Shown here: positions 33,900 to 47,956 of the stretch, in pieces | Position numbering within the stretch: position 1 is the stretch's first letter | Layout of the letters: each line of letters starts with the position of its first letter | NCBI GenBank assembly: GCA_964016885.1 | Contig: OZ024740.1 | Span: 253,270,001-253,334,000 of the forward strand | Length of the DNA stretch: 64,000 nucleotides | From: Eledone cirrhosa | Taxonomy: Eukaryota | Direction: 5' to 3' | The notes under the pieces: model-generated | What the model saw: only the letters and a program-made list of their open reading frames with translations | Databases searched by the model: none | What the model was told of the DNA's origin: nothing | Made by a program: the position numbers and the translations under genes

Positions 33900-36800
33900 G
33901 CTTCAATCCATTTATCACTGCAACTATTACTACTACTACTATTACTACTACCGCACACATGTGCAATATGTCTGTTGTCAACTCTGCTGAATGTAAGAAG
34001 ACAACACAAGGGAAGGGAGAAGTTAACAACACTGTATCACCCCTCACAACAACAACAACCAAGAAAACAACCACAACATCAACAGCCTCAATATAAACAC
34101 TAATAATGGTAGCAGCAGCAACAACAAACAAAACAACAAGAACAACAACAACAGCAAGAATGACAACACCAACAACAAGAGCAATAATGAAAGCAACAAT
34201 AAGCTCAACGGCGGTGCCACATTTGCAGCGACCAGGAATGAACATATGGTGGCTCCTGGGATGCGTAATCAAGGAGGGAACAGACACTACCCTCCTAGAC
34301 ATTAAAAAGACAGAGAGAGAGGACTGGTCCGGAATGGATTTGCAGATTCTTCTCAAAATGAAACCAGAGGACCTCAACAACATCCCAGATTTTGCCCGCT
34401 TGCAGGACGGGACGATGATTCAATTAATCACTGAGGGAAGAAAGCCGCACTGCTTTGATTGCGGGGAAGCAACGCATCTACAATCCTTCTGCCCTCAGCT
34501 AAAAAATGTAGGGGGTCACAAACCTCCTTCGATGCCAACGCCAGTGTCGATATGGAAAGCTCCACCACCACCAACAATGACACGGGCAACCCCGCCAACA
34601 GCAAAAACAGCTGGATCACCACCCAGCACTGAAACGAATCCAAGGGGAAAACGAGGAAAGTTCTCCCACACCCCCTACCCCTCAAAATATACACATAGAC
34701 AAAACACACACACACACACAGATACACTCACAGCCACAGACCCTTTGTCTTCCAGTAGTGAAAAAAAGCAAAAGAAAACTCACAAAAAGCCCCCACAAAA
34801 CACAAAAACATACACAACAAAAAATACCGACACCACCAATGCAAACATTTCCCCAATAACATCAACACCAACATCAACATCAACACCACCCTCACAACCC
34901 CCTAAAAGAAAGCACAAGAGCAAATAAACACACAGACACCTGAAATTGCAGACACCACACCTACAACAAAGACAGACATACCTGAAACAATACCAACAAA
35001 ACCATCACCACCACAGTCACCGAAATGAAAACAAATAAAACCACACCAACAAAACATTAAAAACTTTGTGCTTGTCAGAAGAGCCAACAAGAAGTTGATG
35101 GCCATCTTAGCACGAAGTGAGGACATTCAAACGGAGGGGGAGATCTTTGAATTGAGCACATTTTGAGCGTGCCAGAAGATTTGTTTCTGGTACGAATGTC
35201 ACTTGATTCCTACAAAGAAATTCGGGAGAGCTTTCCTCAGTACGTGGGATTCCCGAACGTGAACCTCACATTGAGACTTTTAAAGGGGTTCCCAAACCAT
35301 GGAGGTCGAACCACCCGACCTTCACAAGACACCGGGAGGTAAGTAAACCTTTCCTCTCTCTTTTAGCTTGCCAGCATGGCCATATTAAGAGTAGGAAGTT
35401 TAAATGTTCGTGGTCTGGGGTCACCCTGGAAGCAGGGTCGCCTGCTCAACGACCTCAGCTCTCTGGAAATGGATGTGATTGCCGTCAGCGAGACCAGGAT
35501 TTGCGACCTGCGCACACTAGCCCCCATTTTCAACGACTATCAGATCTTCGCATCTGTTAGTAGGCCAGGAATGGGAGGTGGGGTAGCAGTGCTGTTTAGG
35601 AAAGGCCTGAATCTCGAGGTAAGGTCGATCTTCCGGGACCCGGATGGTAAGTTGGTGGTCCTGAATGTGAACAACAGCGAAGGTGGTGCCTTTACACTGC
35701 TGGCCATCTATGCCCCTACAGGGGCCGGACGACCGGACTTCTTTCGGCGCCTGGAAGCCTTTCTGGGTATGTTTCACTCTTTACTGTTAGCATGGAACTG
35801 GAACGGCATCTTAGACGCATGCTGGAATTGTGTGAGAGTAGCTGATAGGAGCGGGGGGAGGGTGTGCAAAAGCCTCAAGCACCTAATCAGTTAGTTCCAA
35901 CTGTCTGACAGGTACCGACTGGATTTCCCCAATGCGCCAGTGTGGACGTGGACCAACTGCATAGGGTCATCTAGATCGTATATAGACAGGATCTTCATTA
36001 GGAAAATAGATAGAAATAGTGTAGGCTGCCCACTTTTTAAAACGGTTGCCTATTCAGATCACAAATTTGTGATCTGTATGCTCGACCTAGATAAAACGCG
36101 TAGGTTATGACCTGGTTACTGGAAGTTGAACACGTCATTTCTGGCACGTAAGGCTTACAGGGACTGAGTCATCAATATAGTTAAGCAAAAGTTGACGGGG
36201 TGGGGGGGGGATCGTCAACAACAGATGGTCGGGGGCTCTCAAAAGAGAGATTAGAGTAACTTCGATAGGGTTTAGCAAAGAAGTAGCGTTAGAGAAAAAT
36301 AGAAAGGAGGGATATCTGGTAGATAAGTTAGATGAGGCTATTTGTAGTTGCATTGCAACGAACATGCTAACAGCAAGAATGGCATTAGACCATTTCTTCA
36401 ATGCGAAACATGAAGGTTGCATCGTCAGAGCTAAGGCGCATGCTCTGAGAAATGAGGGAACCAAAGCTGTTTGATGGGCCCGCGTAGCGAAGGTGCAGCG
36501 TGGTAATAAAACTACAATTTGGTCTTTGACAGACTGAGACGGACACGAGATGAGCGATTCCAAGTGGATGTGTGAGGCCTTTCGCCAGCACTTTGCTCGG
36601 TTGTTCGGGGAGAGTGGCAGGTCGGAGACAGTAGCGGACTTCAGTCCCTACCTTGACGGCTTGCCACGCATCTCGAAGGTCGACGCTGAGCGCTGCGAAA
36701 GGTCGATTACTTCAGCCGAAATCCAGGCGAAATCATGAGGCGCAAATCACCCGGGTTGTATGGCCTGCCCTACGAGCTTTACGTAAATATACCAGACTTG

Positions 36801-38795
36801 TTCTCCGATCTCCTTGAAGCGTTCTACTGTAACTGGCAGCAGAATGGGAGTTATCCCAGTTCTGTGAGCAGGGGAGTGGTGACGCTGATAAGGAAAGACG
36901 AGAACAAGAGGGATACATTAAATAACCTCTGCTCAACACAGAGTTTAAGATTTTGGCCAAGGTTGGCGCTTGACCTCGAGGATTTGGTTGGGGAGGTGCA
37001 AACTTGCGCATTCCCAACCAGGTCCATACACGATAACCTCCACCTCATGTGATACATCATAGAGAGGGTAGGGTGTAAACATGGCTTTGGTGGGGCACTG
37101 ATCAATTTAGATCAATTGAAAGCATTCAATAGGGTCGACCATCGGTATCTGGAAGCTGTCCTCAAAGTAGCTGGCATCGGCCCCATCTTCAGAAGCTGGA
37201 TTGCTGCAATGCACAGTGACATCTGCTCAGTGGTCAAGGTTAATGACCACCTCTCGGAACTGTTTCAGGTCTCCCGATCGGTCCGTCAAGGGTGCCCTCT
37301 CTCTTCCCTTCTGTATGTATTGACTCACGAGCCTTTAGTGCGGAAGCTGGAACTGTTGTAGGGCACCCCGCTCGAACCGGGACGCGGAAGGGCTGTGTCG
37401 GCTTATGCGGACGACGTCACCATGATGGTGTCGGACACCTCAGAAATCGAGGTGGTCGGAACCTTATTGGCGGAATATGAAAGGTTGACAGGAGCAAAAC
37501 TTAACCCGGAAAAGTTGGTGGGCTTGCAGCTCGGCACCTGGAGAGGCAAGTCAATGTCATCCAACAGCGTCGGGGGGTGCTGGACAGGTGGACCGGTAAA
37601 GTTTCTTGGGGTTTGGTTCGGACCAGTCCTCCAGCTAGAAAAAAATTGGAACGAGGTAATGATCAGGGTAGCCAGGCTCACCCAGAAATGGGCTGCGAGG
37701 AAGCTATCACTGAAAGGTCACACGGAGGTGGCGAATGTGTACATCGCATCCATCATCTACTACCGCATGACCATCGTGCCTTGCCCCGTCCATGCCTCGC
37801 CAAGTTGGAACGGCTCCTCTTCAAATTCTAGTGGAGGAGACAAGTCCTATTAGTAAGGCGGTTCATCTGCTGTCAGCACCCTCTACGCGGAGGGCTGGGC
37901 TTGCCGTGGCTAATGATACGCAGACATGCGCTGAGGCTGCGACATCTCCAGTTATTCTACCTAAACGGTGAACAGCTGTGGTTGCCATTTGTGAGACAGG
38001 CCTTTCCGCAGCTCGTCTCTTTGACTGAGCTGCAGTCTTGGGTCAAGAAGAAACCAAGACTGGGTGACTGGCGTCTGGAATGTTGCTAGGAACTCACTGC
38101 CCTCTACCAAGCGGGCAATGCGATCAGTGGAACTTCCACTCTTGAGTTCTATAGAGGATTAGTGGTGGGAAAATTGTGACGACGCACTCAGAGAGGCTCT
38201 GGGCTTCAATGGAGTCGAACTGACCAGTCTGTTCGGGAGGGCTTTCGAGTCGGGGATGATGGATAACTTCCAGAAATCCCTCGCCTGGCAGTGCTACCGG
38301 AAGTACTATCAGAGGGACCTACCCGAGATGCGCACTGAGCGACGAAACTTTTGCACACACTCTTGTCCAATGTCTGTGCATTACTGACTTATGGGGTTAT
38401 ATCGAAGAACTGTTGTTACATGTAGAACGGATCCGGCTATCGGCCGAGTCCATGGATGAATGTGGTGAGAATAGTCCGTGGGAGTGGCGTTACTCTGACC
38501 ATGCACCTATAGGCTGGCTGATTTGAGGAGGAGAGGGGTGCTCTCCCTGGGTGCCCTAGAAGCGCAGGGTGGTTCAGGATTGGTGGGGTACCTGAGTCAC
38601 CCCTGGGTCGTCCACCCCTTTATTGGGGAATTTATTTTGTTATATTTATGCATAGTTTAATTTATATTTGTTATATTTTCATTGTTAAATTAGTCTTGCT
38701 TTTGTGCCCATTTACTCGACCTTATTGTAAACCCCCACTGTCCCTGTCTTTGTATTGTCCCCTACATGTCGGCCCTTGTGGCCAATATATGAAAC
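33900..38795 (+). mobile_element. Tx1/L1-clade LINE, copy 2 (older, more decayed)
   Basis: ORF1 with CFDCGEATHLQSFC; ORF2 from ATG 35376 with APE SLNVRGL; RT VRQGCPLS and AYADD; 3' end CCCTTGTGGCCAATATA. Confidence 0.85.
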
Positions 38796-38797
38796 CA

Positions 38798-38990
38798 GTG
38801 GATTGGCAGTATCGGTAGAGGGTCGGACGCCATGCTTTGACGCATAGAGTTACGGCCCTTGCCATTCTGAGTTCAAATCCCGCCGAGGTTAACTTTGCCT
38901 TTCATCCTTATGGGGTCGATAAAATAAAGTACCAGTAATACACTGGGTAATTGCTGGCCTTGTGCCAAAAGTAGAAACAATTATTATTAT
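38798..38990 (+). mobile_element. tRNA-derived SINE, family 1
   Basis: Same sequence family. Confidence 0.85.
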
Positions 38991-39196
38991 CATTACTCTT
39001 ATTATAATTGTTGTTTTCATTTATGTTATTCTCCCATGTATCTATAAATACTAGTGTACTGTATCAGTATTCTGACGATAGAGATGTAACTTCTAACAAT
39101 CAGCGACTTTTAGACACACCGGACTAATGAAACAATTGTTAATACTTTAAACAAACCCTATTGTACAGCCGACCATGTTATTCTTCATTCTTTTAC

Positions 39197-39276
<80 letters not shown>
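39197..39276. repeat. (TA)n microsatellite
   Basis: Direct reading. Confidence 0.95.
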
Positions 39277-39281
<5 letters not shown>

Positions 39282-39438
39282 TAAAATAACAGATTAAAGT
39301 TTAAGCAAAGAATCGCTGCTTTCACCCTTAACGGGATCTTCTGAAACTAACAAAGTCAATCTGTAAACGCAGAACTGGATATTTCAAAAAACGTTGTAAC
39401 CGGAGGAAGACAGGAAGACGATATTTTGGTTTGTGGTA

Positions 39439-39694
39439 ACGTTCGCTGGCAAAGAACGGGAAAAAACGAATAATACGTCATTAATAGGAGCGGTGAAAAA
39501 CAATTACGCGCAAAGACAAAACCACGTTTATGGGATAAAAGAGGTCGTAGACTAATGTTCTCTTAGGTGGTGCATATAGACGTTCTCTGGCAATGAACGA
39601 AAAAACGAAGATAATAAGTCATATGTGGAGCGTGGAGAACAAAAGCACGCAAAGACAAAATCACGTAAATGGTATAGCAGAAGTCGTAGACTAA
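39439..39694. repeat. Diverged ~140-bp tandem duplication
   Basis: ACGTTC.CTGGCAA.GAACG...CGCAAAGACAAAA.CACGT...GTCGTAGACTAA occurs at 39439-39555 and 39580-39694. Confidence 0.75.
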
Positions 39695-40379
39695 AATTCT
39701 AACTAGGAGACCAAATGAATCTCCGCTACAGAGTTAAGAACAAAGTAAATAAATACGATACAGAAGTAATAGAAACAAATAAATACATACACGCAAACAG
39801 ATACGTACATACACAAGCATACGCAAAACCTTACCATAGGTATACAAAACCACGCACATATAAATATGTGTGTGTGTGTATGCTTGTGTACAAATAAATA
39901 AATAATTATATAAACGTATATAACAAGCGCACACACATACCTACATATAAATACACGAATGTTCGGAGACGTAAGTCAACTAAAACAAGAAGTACACATA
40001 TACACACACCCACCATACGTACGAACCTGCATACTCACTCGGACGCAAAACTCCTGTATACACATAGCCAAACCCTAAATACCAGAATATGTAAAAATGA
40101 TACGCCATAACAGTCAAATATACGTACGAGAAGGTATACATACCTTCGAGCCCTCTTTGGATTTTAGTCTTCAATTTTATTATTATTACTATATATATAT
40201 ATATATAATATTTAAGTATCGGGAGAGAGAAGAAGAGATAAGTGATACATATATTTAGTTGCCAATAGCTTGTGCATATGTGCTCAATACTTGTGCCTAC
40301 AGGGTTAAATATTAGAAGCGTTAATATCTAGCGGGCGAGAATATAAGCAGAGCGGTTACAAATGGAATGAATACAAAGG

Positions 40380-41900
40380 AGAATATACCGTTAAAACATG
40401 TTTATATAAAAATGCATCTACATACGTTTCGTCCGGAAAGGGCTTCTCAAGGGCATAGAAAACAAAAAAACGTTCAGTACATGACCCAGGAGGGGTTTTA
40501 AGGTTAAATTTACATCAAAGCTCATTCTTCGTTTAAGCACATGTATTGTTTTTGCCACAAAGCAAGGGGAGTAACTCTAGCCGGTGTTTGAACAATTGTC
40601 CTCACATGCCTTTTACCTGTTCACATGGTGGTGTTTTCCCGTTACTATTTTGTGAGTGCTGCTTTACTATTGCGGATTCGAGCAGGGTCTGGGATGCATA
40701 GTTGGTTCACGGGCATTTATTTGCGTCGACTGCCCACCGGAGTGTTATGGTTTGGGAAGGGGGGCCCAGTTTATGGTTTTCATCCGAAGTATGACATCTG
40801 CATTCGGTGCCTGCAGTTTATCACCGATTCTGCTCTGCTGTTTATGAGTTCGAGGGGTGTTCTTATGATATAGTACAGCTCCATGAGGCAAAGCTCGCAC
40901 TTCCTCTTGAAATTGTAGGGTGCAGCCCTGTCGACAATTTCCCAGTGTGTGGAGAAGCTGATGTTGGCGTCTTTTAATGTTGTGATGTAATTGGCAAGTA
41001 ACGTGGAGTGTCTTAGTTTTTTTGTTCCTAAAAGAGTGGAGATGTGTTTGAAATCTTGTTTTGAACTGGCCAGAGGTGCCCAAATCTATTATGGTTAGTT
41101 ATGGTGCACTTGTGAAGGCGCGTGGCTGAGTGGTAAGAAAATTGAACTCTCAATCGTGAGGTTGTGAGTTCGATAACTGGACCGGGCGATGCGTTATGTC
41201 CTTGGGCAAGACACTCTATTTTACATTGCTCCTTCTACCTGGAGTTGCAACAGATAGATAGTATTAGCAATTGGAAATACCAATGGAAACATTGTTTCCT
41301 CGGTCCGATTTGACGAAAGTCAATCGACTGTAAAAAATGGTGCACTTATAAATAACATTATCAGTCAGGCAGTTTCCCCTGTCACGACAGTTGCATTTTC
41401 GGTCATGGTCGCTCCTAGTTCCTGAAGTAAGGCTATTACTATTGCTACCTATGTTGTTATCTACGCCTCTATCTCGGTGATTAGTACTATTATATCCTAT
41501 GGTGTGCGGGGTAGTACCATTATCACTCCACACGCCGCAGCCCGTTCCGTTGCCAGCGGGTGACCCGTACAGGTCACCAGCATACACTCCAGTCTCGCCT
41601 TGGTTATGTCGGTTTCGTCTGCTGGGGCTGCCGCCGACCCTATTGGGTGCTGTTAGGGAGACGTTAAACCTATTAGGGTTGCTGTCGGGTCTAGATGTAT
41701 CTGTGCTAAGGTGCCGTGTTTTGGTCATCTTACTGTAATTAGTTGTTTCTATGATGTCTGCTAGATTGGGAGTGGTAGAGAAGGATATTTTAATATTGTT
41801 CTTGTTGAGGACTTTCCTGTATTTATGGTTGGGTGGGAAGTTCTTCTCTAAGGCTTCGAAGAATATCCTGGGTAGGTCGGAGGCCACACTCTTGATGAAG
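40380..41900 (-). mobile_element. Penelope-like element 3' part (Hydra-clade-like GIY-YIG)
   Basis: KNFPPNHKYRKVLNKNNIKISFSTTPNL; KCNCRDRGNC..NVIYKCTI; FKTRFQTHLHSF; WEIV..CELCLME..CRH; degenerate hammerhead-like motif near 40421-40455. Confidence 0.75.
41112..41336 (+). mobile_element. tRNA-derived SINE, family 2, with 11-bp TSD, inserted in the GIY-YIG coding region
   Basis: TSD ATGGTGCACTT at 41101-41111 and 41337-41347; A and B boxes present. Confidence 0.9.
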
Positions 41901-41987
41901 GTCGGCGGTTTCTTACACATGGCCGCACTAGCCACCCCACTACTGTGTACAGGCCTAACATGTTAGTGTTATTACTCTTTATGCGGT

Positions 41988-42165
41988 GAACTGGCAGTAT
42001 CGGTAGAGGGTCGGACGCCATGCTTTCTAGCATAGTTACGTCCCTTTACGGTCAGAGTTCAAATTCCGTCGAGGTTAACTTTGCCTTTCATCATTACGGG
42101 GTCGATAAAATAAATTACCAGTAATGTACTGGGTAATTGCTGGCCTTGTGCCAAAAGTAGAAACA
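41988..42165 (+). mobile_element. tRNA-derived SINE, family 1
   Basis: Family body; flanked by a near-duplicated GTTATTACTCTTT(T)ATGC. Confidence 0.85.
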
Positions 42166-43399
42166 GTTATTACTCTTTATGCAGTTATAATTATTGGCAT
42201 TAATAATATACTGGTTGGATGCCCTTCCTATCATCAGCAGCACTTTACAGCATGGACTGGGTGCTTTTGTTCGTGTCACCAGCATTAGAGAAGTTGTCTT
42301 ACTGGACTCAGGGGCCCCCTCCACCCCATACTTTGTCATGGTTTTTAATGGCTGAATGCCATTTCCATTAATTCCATTTTACATGGACCAGGTGCTTTTA
42401 TTCGTGCCACTAGCTTATTTGGAATTGTTGCTCTACCAGATGGGTTGCCTACACTACGGCTTACGGCACCTCTGTCCTCCCCGGCTCTCAGCAGATACTG
42501 TTAGTGAGTTTACATTTATCATATGGAGGGAGGGGGCAGCTGGGGAGGATAAAGTGATGATGAGGTTTTGGGTGAGTGGGTTTATGGTGCTATATGCACT
42601 AGGAAGTGTCGGGCATGCATACAAGAAGATGGTGAAGGTGAGGCAGAAGGGTCGGGAATGGCGATTATATACTTTTACAAACATTTTTCAGTCGTCTAGG
42701 TAACGTTTCCAGTTGTAATTAATGTAGGTGGGGAAGTCATGACTGAATGTTTCTTGCAGCTGGGAATATAATTTTGCTTCTAGGTAGCCCATAATGTGTG
42801 TTGCATATGTTATCTACACATCTTGTTCAGGTTGGTTTTGCTCATAAAATCTGTCCAGCAATTCTTTCCACACGGCTATGATCACTTAATCTGGAGAAGT
42901 AGTTGCTCTACTTGGAACGACTCCCTGATCTCCTAGCTATGTACCTTATTGAGTAATGTTACATAGTTTCCCTTCATTTTTCTTTTCAAAACGATGTATC
43001 TAAAATCACATTATTTAATGTCTCCTTTGTATATTTTTAACCCTTTCATTGCATATTTCAGTTTCTGATTTTCAAATCATCTTGGAAAATAATAAAGAAT
43101 TTGAAGAAATTTAGTAATATAACTAACTTTCCTATTTAACTTGTGTTTAGAACATAACTTAATAAAGGTTTTTACATAAACTTATGACAGGATTTTAAAT
43201 AAATAATTTAGTATGGAGAAACAGGGCTGGTGCATCACTTTGATTTAGTCAATGATATCAACCCCAGTATTTAGCTTTTCAAGTCTGGTACTAATTTTAT
43301 AAATCTTTTTTTTTTGTCAAATCATTAAATTACAGAACATGAACGCAAACAACCACAAATAATTTAGGAGGATCTAAATTTCTTAGAAGAATTATTGGG

Positions 43400-45045
43400 A
43401 CTCCTACCTTTAGAAAAAATGTGGAAGAGTTCCAGGTGGCTGGAACTCTGTTGGATAGTGGACAGCTTGATTTTCATCAAGGACTGAATCAACCGATTTG
43501 TACTCCCTAATTACTGTTGGAATCTTATGGTTAATCCTTGCTACTGTCTCCTGTTTTATAGCAAGAATTGCCCTTTCCCACAACCATTTATAATTATTAC
43601 TTAAGTATGGAAATACCCTGTTCTTCAATTCAGCTGGGGAATCCACCATGATAGCAATATGAGCCAAATTGATACAACCATTCCCATCAATTGGTACTTT
43701 CTCATTTCCTAATTGGAGGAATCGGGTTGAAAACTATTCTGCACATTGGTCCCCATGTAATAAAGCTTGCATGTTAGTATTGAAGACTTAATGTATGCTT
43801 TTATTTCATCAGCCCTTGTTCCTCTCAGAATGACTGGTAATGTCTTGTAAAGGTCTTATCAAGAGCTTCCATTGCACCTCTATGTGACATGGTACATTCA
43901 TCCCAAATGATCAGGTGGCATTGGCACAACGCTTCTGCTGAACCTGAATCTTTGCTTATGTTACAAATTGGACTGTCGTTTGTGACCAAGTTTAACAGTA
44001 ATTTAAAAGCAGAATGAACTGTTTGTGACGGCAACTGCAATTCTTTTTCGTTGTTACAAATGTTTTACCTGCATCAAGAAAGAAAATTCCTCCACTTTCT
44101 GACGATATGCACAGCATTGTTCTGGAGGAAGTTTAGGTTAATATTCATTCACAAATGCAGCCATTTCTCTCTCTTGTTCAAACTTGATTCTCAATTTCCA
44201 TCAGTGCTTGGTTAAAAATATTTTCAGGAAACTGGATATTGATATCTGGATTTGCCTATTGAATTGCCTACTTTAAATATGTTTCATCCAAAGCTGTAGG
44301 AGACTGTCAAGTTGACACATGTTCAGCATAATTGCAAAAAGATTACAGAGTTTCCTTGGAGAATCCGACACTGATGCTTCAGTCAATGCAAGATCCCAAT
44401 GCTCATCATTTTCTAAAAAAAACCTTGTTGATAGCATGCTTCCCTATAAGTTTCACACACATGACCATTTATTCTTGGAATGATTTGGAACCACATTCTT
44501 TATGCAAAAGAAGCCGTAAGTAGTAGCATTCTGCTTGGGTGGACACAGTAAACCCTTTCAAGAGCGTCAGCCCCACATTTATTCTTGTGCCGATGAATGA
44601 TGGCTGGGTGCCTCTCATAAATAGGAAAATTGAAGATGTGGCAAAAAGCCCCATTGCTACTGATGTATCTTCCTCTTCATCATTTTTATTTATCTGCTGA
44701 CTGCCATTCTGCATAAGAGTGTATGTTGCAGCATCTAAACCTTTGTTTATATATTTGCAAACATACTTAATAGACTTAAGAGTTGCAGAATTCAACATTG
44801 ATATCATGAATTCTTGCCCATTTCTCAATTTTTTCTTCTGTAAAAGTGGGTAGCCACCTTCTCCAGTTTGGTACATTTATTATCCCTCATCAGTTATATA
44901 TTTAAGATAGTTTAGCTGAGATAAATAAATGAATATCAAAATGTGGATATGTGGCAATCCTCGTTTTTGTCATTCAATTGTGTACATGTCACATTTGACT
45001 GGTCCAAAGACTTCACACTTTTTAGGAGACCTTTGATAAGTATAA
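43400..45045 (-). pseudogene. Helitron RepHel remnant
   Basis: Rep motif IE*QKRGLPHIHIL (~44935-44980), SIKYVCKYINKG, YYLRLLLH; Pif1-like helicase HSAFKL, IIWDECTM, RAILA, YPTEF..PPG..PH; many deletions. Confidence 0.85.
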
Positions 45046-45204
45046 TGGCAGGATGTTTTTCAAATTCTTTTCTTATAGCTGAATCAACTATCTTAAATAT
45101 ATAAAGAATACCTGCAACAATTTTCTATATTGAAGATGAATTTGGGTGTGTGTCTGATGGTGGTTGGAGGTTAATGAGGTGTAATATCTTACACCTCATC
45201 AGAC

Positions 45205-46075
45205 TGAAACCCTTATGTAAAAAAAATGCCAAGTTTCATTAGAGATCATATGGAATTCCTGAACTATATCCCCCAGAAGGTACACCAAGAAACAATCTTA
45301 GTCAGCTTTGACTTATACACTAACATCCCACATGACTTAGGCATTGAAGCTGTTGACTTCTGGATTACAAATTACCTAGACTACATTTGAGAGAGAATCC
45401 CCCAAAAGTTTATTTTGGAGAATAACCACTTCTTCTTTGATAACAAACTGCATTTACAAATAAAAGGAACGGCCATGGGCACCAAACATATGTAAAATTA
45501 TATTCACAGTTGCAGGAAACATTGTCATGACTTCACCACCTACATCAGGAAATGTTACCTAGACGACTGCTTCATTTTCTGGAATAGAAGCCAAGAAGAC
45601 CTGTAAAGATTCCACTCCATCATAAACAGTCTTCATGAAGCAATACAATTTACCATGGAATGTCATAAATAGGAACAACCGTTTCTGGATATCCTTATCA
45701 TTAAAGGGGAAAATATCAAAACAGTCCTATTTTACACACACCAATACTTGAATTTCCGATAAGCACACCCCTCACATACCAAAGAGTTCATTTGCCACAC
45801 TACAGGAAAAAAGATTGTATGAACTAAAAGAGTTCCTTAAAAGACAAGAATATCTGGTGAACCTCATCAATACGGCCATCTCCAAGGCTCAGAACATACC
45901 AGTGACAACACTGAGAGAAACAAACCAACAAAATAAAAAAAAACACAGTTATCCCTTTTGTCATCACTCACAATCCAAGGAACTTCAACATTGTGAAAGT
46001 CGCTAAACAATATCTCCGATTCTCCAACAGTCCCCCTAAAATGAATGCACTCATAAAAGACTCACAAATAATATG
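45205..46075 (+). pseudogene. Penelope-like (Neptune-type) RT remnant
   Basis: IRDHMEFL, LVSFD..LYTNIPH, LQIKGTAMGT, YLDDCFIFW and PFLDILI across shifting frames. Confidence 0.75.
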
Positions 46076-46153
46076 CTACGGCAAAATTTATGTTTGATAA
46101 TGAAACAATGGAAGTTAAAATGTATACACACATACACATATATATATATATAT

Positions 46154-46680
46154 GTAAGAATATTTTCGAAACAGCGAGTTGATTTGAAATTATTAGAAAT
46201 GTTAGCTATCGCCGTATTTTGACTAAAGCAATTAAAGAAATTATTTAGCCTGATAGTGGGGTTAAGAACCCTCGGAGAAATGGAAAAAGATGAGTATTGA
46301 CGTACATGGGAGTCGAACTCACATCTTTGGTTATCCGGACCACTGTGCTACCATTTACACCAACACATCACCCGTCTTTTTCCATTCAAATTAGAAGCTA
46401 TAAACTTCTAATAATTTCAAATCAACTCGCTGTTTCGAAAATATTCTTACTTGACATTACAGTTGCTAAGTTTATAGCTTCTAATTTGAATGGAAAAAGA
46501 CGGGTGATCTGTTGGTGTAAATGGTAGCACAGTGGTCCGGATAACCAAAGATGTGGGTTCGACTCCCATGTACGTCAATACTCATCTTTTTCCATTTCTC
46601 CGAGGGTTCTTAACCCCACTATCAGGCTAAATAATTTCTTTAATTGCTTTAGTCAAAATACGGCGATAGCTAACATTTCT

Positions 46681-46686
<6 letters not shown>
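46154..46686. mobile_element. Fold-back element with a tRNA-like unit, embedded in (TA)n
   Basis: 46154-46199 is inverted at 46406-46450; 46190-46407 is inverted at 46468-46686. tRNA-like sequence at 46506-46578 (+) with its mirror copy on the minus strand. Confidence 0.8.
46506..46578 (+). ncRNA. tRNA-like Pol III unit (not a canonical tRNA)
   Basis: A box TGGTGTAAATGG; D stem GTGT/GCAC; TGGT-CCGGATA-ACCA arm; T arm GTGGG-TTCGACT-CCCAT; weak acceptor stem; TTTTT about 9 nt downstream. Confidence 0.6.
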
Positions 46687-46715
<29 letters not shown>

Positions 46716-47099
46716 CACACATACATACACATATCTACATATATATATGCATATATATATATACAAGTATATATATTCATATATACGCACATATATGCAC
46801 ACATACATACACATCTACACACCCATATGTATACACATCTACTCAAGTATTTAAGTTCACATATACGTTGGGATGGGGAAGGGGGAATGAATGTTTTCAG
46901 CATCTCAGCAGCTATAGAAACAACATCTGGGTTGGTAGGTCATGTTTTGTTAATCAAGTAATACTAGGTGGCATCATATACGAGTAAAGTTTGTTTGTGT
47001 AGATAAGTGTACAAACAAAAATATAACAAGATTCCTTACCAAAGTATTTTTCTCAACATGGTCCTTGTAGGATACAGTAATAGTCCAGTAAGAGGGATC

Positions 47100-47400
47100 A
47101 GATTATAGTATCCAGGTGGAAGCTCATGGAGTAATAATATTTTAAAATGTATAGGAAAAACAAATACTAGGCTGAAGTTTGTTTATATTTGTCTGAGCAT
47201 TGCATCTTTTCTGTGTGTGGATATAATTTTTTATCTCTATGTTCTAGAGATATGCCCCTATGTTCTATTTTGGCATGTTGGTGGAGTACTGATGAGTTTT
47301 CCCCCATCCTGGAGTTCTCACCAGTGGTCACTAAGTGAAAGATGCAAGGCTCAGACAAATCACAGAGGCAACAAATATAAACAAACTTCAACCAAAATTA
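47100..47400 (-). pseudogene. Possible decayed Penelope-like GIY-YIG fragment
   Basis: FVYICCLC...TGENSR...SVLHQHAKIEH...DAMLRQI across frames; weak. Confidence 0.35.
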
Positions 47401-47956
47401 AACAGAAAACCTGAGTGGAATAGCAACATCACAACTAGTAATTAAGGACAAAATAAAGACTACAGACACATACAAAAAACAAACTAACAAAACAAATCAG
47501 ACACACACAGATAGAACAAACAAGCAACTAGTAACAAGTAAATAAACACATAAATGAATAAATAAAAACACACACACACCTGAATGTAATGCATGCGCAA
47601 ACTAAGCACACAACTCCCCAAAACAAGATGGTGTAGGACAGAACAAAGAAGAGACACAAAAAATAAAAACCTAGTCACTGAGAAGGTCACAGAATGCGTG
47701 ACGAATGAGCTTTAGCAATATATAAACAACCTTCCAGTTATCGAACCAACCAACCAAATGGAAACTTATAATAAATTAAAGTAAAAACAGGTGCGTGTGT
47801 TTTTATTGGCAGCATGACCCTCCCAAAGTATAGCAATCTGCTTCAACACATGTTTGCAGATAAGAAATCTTGCAAAACAATTTAAAAAACGAATTATATA
47901 TATATATATATATATACATACACACACATACACCCACACACACACATATATATATA

